Below are positions 62,294-64,000 of a stretch of 64,000 bases of DNA, piece by piece. Origin of the DNA: Amphiscolops sp. MND2022 (taxonomy: Eukaryota); contig OZ076409.1 in the NCBI GenBank assembly GCA_964187785.1, forward strand, positions 63,862,001 through 63,926,000, written 5' to 3'. The notes under the pieces were generated by a model. The model searched no databases, was not told the DNA's origin, and worked only from the letters and a program-made list of their open reading frames with translations. Within the stretch, counting starts at the first letter, position 1. Each line of letters opens with the position of its first letter. The translations under genes were made by a program, and so were the position numbers.

Positions 62294-63453
62294 CTGAAAC
62301 AGGGCCCCAATAAAGTTTGTTTCATGAGAGCTTCTATATGTAAGGAGTAGTAGATGTAACGATTCGGTTCAAAATACAAGTCAGGATATCGTACAAATTG
62401 ATAGTTTCGAATAGTTATTGTGAGACCGATAATCTCATATGAAAATACACGATTGAATTGAATGTTTAGGTGGATAGTATTTAGTGAAAATAAGATGTAA
62501 AAATATCAGATATCTACGATGTAAGAGAATCACGATCCTAAATTCTATTTAGGGGAACCTTTATAGACTATATAGGTTCTCGTAAATAGAGCGTTATAAA
62601 CTGGCCTGGTAGTATACTATATAATACAGTACCGTACCACGTCTGTTAATAACGTTTGAAGAACAAAAATTGATTCTCAGAAATCAAATATGAATTTAGA
62701 ACCATTAGTCACGCCTCAATAAAACTCTCAAATCAGAATTTAGACACAAACGCCCTTCTGAAAAACAGTCACGATAACACAATTCAAATGAAAACTAGAT
62801 ATCCGTGGATTCTGAACTTCGAACTCGGACCAAGCAAAAAAATGATTAAAGCAAAAGAATTTTTCAATATAATGAAATAGTAGTTGGAAACTGCATGATT
62901 CTCCACTGTAACGCACTCGTTTTTGGCTTTTTGTATACCTGGGCCAGAATTTTGACAACACTAATTAGGTAATTTTGAAGCCGCAATGAAAAATTATGTC
63001 GTGATTCCATTAGCGGTTCGAACTGGCGGTTTTTTGGAAAACGCGTTTTTGGAGTAAGCCGAGTATCAAAATGTTTTTTTTTCATACAACGCACAAAAAA
63101 TTATTGATTTTCATTGCATAGGCTAAATCTAGCCATTATCTAATCAAGTGAAAAGACGAGAAAGAGAAGCTACTAAAAAACAATCACTTCGAAAAAACCT
63201 ATTCAATGGATTCGGAATTAGCGGTGTTCCGATAAGTAAAAAAAAAGCGATGTCAGAACCCTGCCCCAAGCCTACTAATCAACATCAAGTATTAACCCGC
63301 CACTTTACCTTCAACTATTAATACTTTTAAAAAGAATTTGTTCCGAAGTTGGTGCCTGCAATGCAGACAGTGTGGGCTGTTTGTTTATAAAAAATTCAAC
63401 ATTAAAAATTGAAAAATTATAGATGGAAGGAATTTTAAATATTTTAAACTTAC

Positions 63454-63780
63454 TTCGAGGTCAACATTTTTGCCTGATACAGGAGGAAAAGAATGACAAG
63501 TGGTCATCGAACTCCCTCGACTAGAATTGTCGTCTTTACCATTCGATTCCTCTGAACATGTTTCTAATTGGGTTCTACAGCTTTTTGAACTGGTTTCTGT
63601 TAGTGAGGTACTGGGTATGTTTATATTGGGTCCTTTCGGGCCAACAAATAACCCTCGGGCTTTAGCCTCATATGACATTTGCTTGGTTCGCAGTGAAATT
63701 CTATGCGAATGAAGCGTAGCATACGTGGTTGGCGCTACTGTGAACGAGCAACCGGGAATTGTGTTACTCCAACAGACCAT
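63454..63780 (-). CDS. Inferred first coding exon of the PPP1R3-like gene
   Basis: ATG at 63780, GAA|GTAAGT donor, phase 0. Confidence 0.55.
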
Positions 63781-64000
63781 CTGCACTCATAAATGCATCG
63801 CCAACTTGTAGTTTTGAGGGCAATAACACACTTTGAACCTTTTTGACATAACTGCTAGAAAGTGACCCTTCTGCTTCCACTACATCTGAAATAAAATGTG
63901 CTCGGAAGAGTAACTTTTCCTGCCTCAGATAAAACATTGTCTTTAACCTGGTATCAAGTTGGTCATCACGATAGATGACATACCAGTTGACTGTAAACTC

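Overview
This is AT-rich, repeat-dominated eukaryotic (metazoan-like) DNA with one 200-N gap. The centrepiece is a complete 16.7-kb Ty3/Gypsy LTR retrotransposon (20987-37658, minus strand). It has ~2.49-kb LTRs, a CCTAC target-site duplication (TSD), a tRNA-Leu-like primer-binding site (PBS), a gag frame that starts inside the LTR, an A-AAA-AAC -1 frameshift site and a decayed PR-RT-RH-IN pol. Between pol and the 3' LTR it carries a 5.5-kb accessory cassette in place of env. The cassette holds a spliced antisense gene whose product resembles a catalytically degenerate hAT-type DNA transposase, a divergently oriented 238-aa ORF that runs into the 3' LTR, and six GACGTCA-containing repeats between the two. 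Host-type genes are a PPP1R3-like (RVxF + CBM21) gene with an inferred 5-exon model and a frameshifted NERD-nuclease/P-loop helicase gene. Other elements: two hAT elements with 8-bp TSDs (one containing a 742-bp spacerless palindrome), a MITE in gag, Tc1, LINE and Gypsy remnants, and at least three families of Helentron/DINE-1-like non-autonomous elements. All domain calls are by eye; no searches were run.
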